Shown in pieces: positions 61,902-64,000 of a stretch of DNA of 64,000 nucleotides (positions are counted from its first letter, which is position 1; the number at the start of each line of letters is the position of its first letter). Source of the DNA: a virus (lineage: Duplodnaviria > Heunggongvirae > Uroviricota > Caudoviricetes); the IMG/VR virus record IMGVR_UViG_3300046008_000242, positions 32,001 to 96,000 of that record, one strand, 5' to 3'. Made by a program: the position numbers and the translations under genes. Under the pieces are notes generated by a model. The model saw only the letters and a list, made by a program, of their open reading frames with translations. It was not told where the DNA came from and ran no database searches.

Positions 61902-62954
61902 ATGCATAAATTCAATTATAATTGGAAGTTATCTGAAACTGAATTTACAAAAGATAAGTTCAAGGTATTCTCTTGTTTCGCTTGTTGTGGTGGTTCTACG
62001 ATGGGTTATAAACTTGTTGGTGGGAATGTTCTTGGTTGTGTAGAAATAGATCCAAGAATGAACAAAGTTTATAATGATAATCATCATCCAAAGTATAGTT
62101 TCCTAGAAGACATTAGGGAATTCGTCAAAAGAGATGATTTACCAGAAGAATTATACAATTTAGATATCCTTGATGGTAGTCCACCCTGTTCTAGCTTCAG
62201 TATGAATGGTAATAGAGATAAGGATTGGGGTAAGGAGAAGATGTTCTCCGAGGGTCAAGCCAAACAAGTGTTGGATACATTATTCTTTGATTTTATTGAA
62301 CTTGCTAAGAAATTACAACCAAAAATTGTTATCGCAGAAAATGTGAAAGGATTGATTCTTGGTAAGGCATTAAAATATGTTGACAGGATCTATAAAGAAT
62401 TTGATGAAGCAGGATATTATTGTCAACATTTTCTATTGGATGGTTCCAAAATGGGATTACCACAACGGAGAGAACGTGTATTCTTTGTCTGTCTAAGGAA
62501 GGATCTAGGTGAACCGTTCTTGGAATATAAAGGGTTAGAATTAAAACCAAGATTGATAATGGAATTTGATGAACCAATTATACCATTTAAAGATATATCA
62601 GAAGATGAAGTATATCCTGACAAAGAATTAGAACCATCAATAAGAAAATTATACCCATTGGTTAAACCAGGAGATGGATTTGATAAGGCTGAATTATCCA
62701 ATGGTAATTTCTTTTCGTATAAGAAATTACATCCAGATAGACCATGTAATACATTAACAACTGGTAAATCTTGTTTTCATCATGTCATCCCAAGAAGAAT
62801 GACAGATAAAGAATTTATATTGGCAAGCTCATTTCCATTGGATTTCAAATTTGGTGATGTTAAACCAGATTATGCTTGTGGTATGTCTGTACCACCAATT
62901 ATGATGGCAAACGTTGCGTCTAATGTATATGAACAATGGTTGAAACACCTTTAA
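61902..62954 (+). CDS. DNA cytosine-5 methyltransferase
   Basis: FACCGG motif I, GSPPC catalytic, AENV, Q.RERVF, GMSV. Confidence 0.94.
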   Translation: MHKFNYNWKLSETEFTKDKFKVFSCFACCGGSTMGYKLVGGNVLGCVEIDPRMNKVYNDNHHPKYSFLEDIREFVKRDDLPEELYNLDILDGSPPCSSFSMNGNRDKDWGKEKMFSEGQAKQVLDTLFFDFIELAKKLQPKIVIAENVKGLILGKALKYVDRIYKEFDEAGYYCQHFLLDGSKMGLPQRRERVFFVCLRKDLGEPFLEYKGLELKPRLIMEFDEPIIPFKDISEDEVYPDKELEPSIRKLYPLVKPGDGFDKAELSNGNFFSYKKLHPDRPCNTLTTGKSCFHHVIPRRMTDKEFILASSFPLDFKFGDVKPDYACGMSVPPIMMANVASNVYEQWLKHL

Positions 62955-62962
62955 CATAGAAT

Positions 62963-62996
62963 ATCCCATCAGATGTAAAAGTCTGATGGGATTTTT
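62963..62996 (+). terminator. Intrinsic terminator of the repeat-family hairpin type
   Basis: ATCCCATCAGA-loop-TCTGATGGGAT followed by a T run, directly after the methyltransferase. Confidence 0.8.
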
Positions 62997-63016
62997 ATTG
63001 GGTAAAGGATATACAA

Positions 63017-63352
63017 TTATTGTTTCATCCAATTACTGGTTGCCATCAATAGACCATTTGTCCATGTAAATGTCTGACGATACGTATTTCCATTCAAATC
63101 TACATACGTGTCAGTAATTAAATTACCTGATGCATCATAACCGAGTGTATGATTAGATACAGCATTTGGATTAATCGCTAAACCATCAGAAGCGATGAAA
63201 GTTGGAGTAGTGCTAACCCCACCTGGAGTGATACCATCCGATAAGCATAATCCACCATTCGCTGGATTATAAAACAAATCTCCTTTAACACCGATAAAAG
63301 TGGTTGGATCCGTACCGCCAAGTTTATCGGCAAATAATTTATATGTTGTCAT
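63017..63352 (-). CDS. Small protein with fibre-type N-terminus and YD-like C-terminus
   Basis: GDLFY......LSDG.TPGG N-terminus; YDASGNLITDT..D.NGN.YRQTF C-terminus. Confidence 0.78.
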   Translation of the reverse strand: MTTYKLFADKLGGTDPTTFIGVKGDLFYNPANGGLCLSDGITPGGVSTTPTFIASDGLAINPNAVSNHTLGYDASGNLITDTYVDLNGNTYRQTFTWTNGLLMATSNWMKQ

Positions 63353-63381
63353 TTTGTTTCCTTATGTTATCTGTATAAAAT

Positions 63382-63585
63382 TTATTGTTTGACCCATACA
63401 CCAACATTAGTTAAATTGCCGTTGGTGTAAGTGAAAGTCTGACGATACACGTTTCCGTTAAAATCAACGAATGTGTCTGTAATTAAATTGCCTGATGCGT
63501 CATAGGTGAAATTATGAGCGGCAGCATAGTCTGGATAAATTGTGTTGTTATCTGATGCAACAACACCATAATTATCTACGAACAT
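63382..63585 (-). CDS. Small YD-like paralog
   Basis: HNFTYDASGNLITDTFVDFNGNVYRQTFTYTNG; AAGGA RBS. Confidence 0.78.
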   Translation of the reverse strand: MFVDNYGVVASDNNTIYPDYAAAHNFTYDASGNLITDTFVDFNGNVYRQTFTYTNGNLTNVGVWVKQ

Positions 63586-63654
63586 ATTTGTATTCCTTAA
63601 AAAGTCAATCGATGATTAGTTTATATAAACTATTTAAAATTATTTAATGATTTT

Positions 63655-63722
63655 TCTTTCGATGTCAAAGATAACCTTTATAATAGATTTCAAGTTGGAA
63701 GAATCCAATGAATTTAAATCAA
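63655..63722 (+). promoter_or_regulatory. Putative early/middle promoter with conserved leader
   Basis: Second copy of the 46216-46282 motif. Confidence 0.7.
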
Positions 63723-63744
63723 ACATTTTATAGAGGTCATTATC

Positions 63745-63996
63745 ATGTCACATCGTATCGCAGATGTTCAATCAAAATCGGTTTCAAAAGAACCAACTAA
63801 AGGTTTCACTTTGGCAACTAAAATTAAAAAAGGAAAATCTATTGAATGTGTAATCGATAGTTCCGATGGTCGTTATATTTCAATCTTGAAAATCGAATCT
63901 GTGACAATCACACCAAGTGGTAAATTTGTACATTTAGATGTTGGTGCGGATGAACCTATTGAATTCAAATCAACAGATTACATCAAATTGATATAG
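63745..63996 (+). CDS. Hypothetical protein
   Basis: 83-aa ORF with GAGGT RBS after the promoter motif. Confidence 0.65.
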   Translation: MSHRIADVQSKSVSKEPTKGFTLATKIKKGKSIECVIDSSDGRYISILKIESVTITPSGKFVHLDVGADEPIEFKSTDYIKLI

Positions 63997-64000
63997 GATT

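Noticed and set aside
1-64000. tRNA genes or stop-codon reassignment
   Set aside because: No cloverleaf recognised; core genes are full length in the standard code and breaks are frameshifts, not in-frame stops.

Overview
AT-rich segment of a large T4-like (myovirus) phage genome. Positions 1-44336 are an almost entirely minus-strand late/virion module: gp22, gp21, gp20, gp19, gp18, gp17, gp15, gp14, gp13, a tail-fibre/receptor-binding cluster, a 3389-aa structural protein, gp8, gp7-like, gp6 and gp25. Positions ~45700-64000 are mostly plus-strand early/middle genes (GNAT, nucleotidyltransferase, RNase H, DenV, dCMP deaminase, PseT, phosphoesterase, MazG-like, C5 methyltransferase). Two things stand out. 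(1) A diversity-generating retroelement (target-VR-hairpin-avd-TR-RT) in which all 21 TR/VR differences fall on TR adenines; the RT carries a 1-nt frameshift that may be an assembly error. (2) A non-coding repeat family I do not recognise, with a ~475-bp period, a 31-bp core invariant in six copies, TCGA-rich inverted repeats and a covarying terminator-like hairpin; it flanks the terminase module and sits at the late/early strand switch. Four free-standing homing-endonuclease-like genes and several gene remnants (phoH, uvsW, nucleotidyltransferase) are also present. All calls are from reading the sequence by eye; no searches were run.
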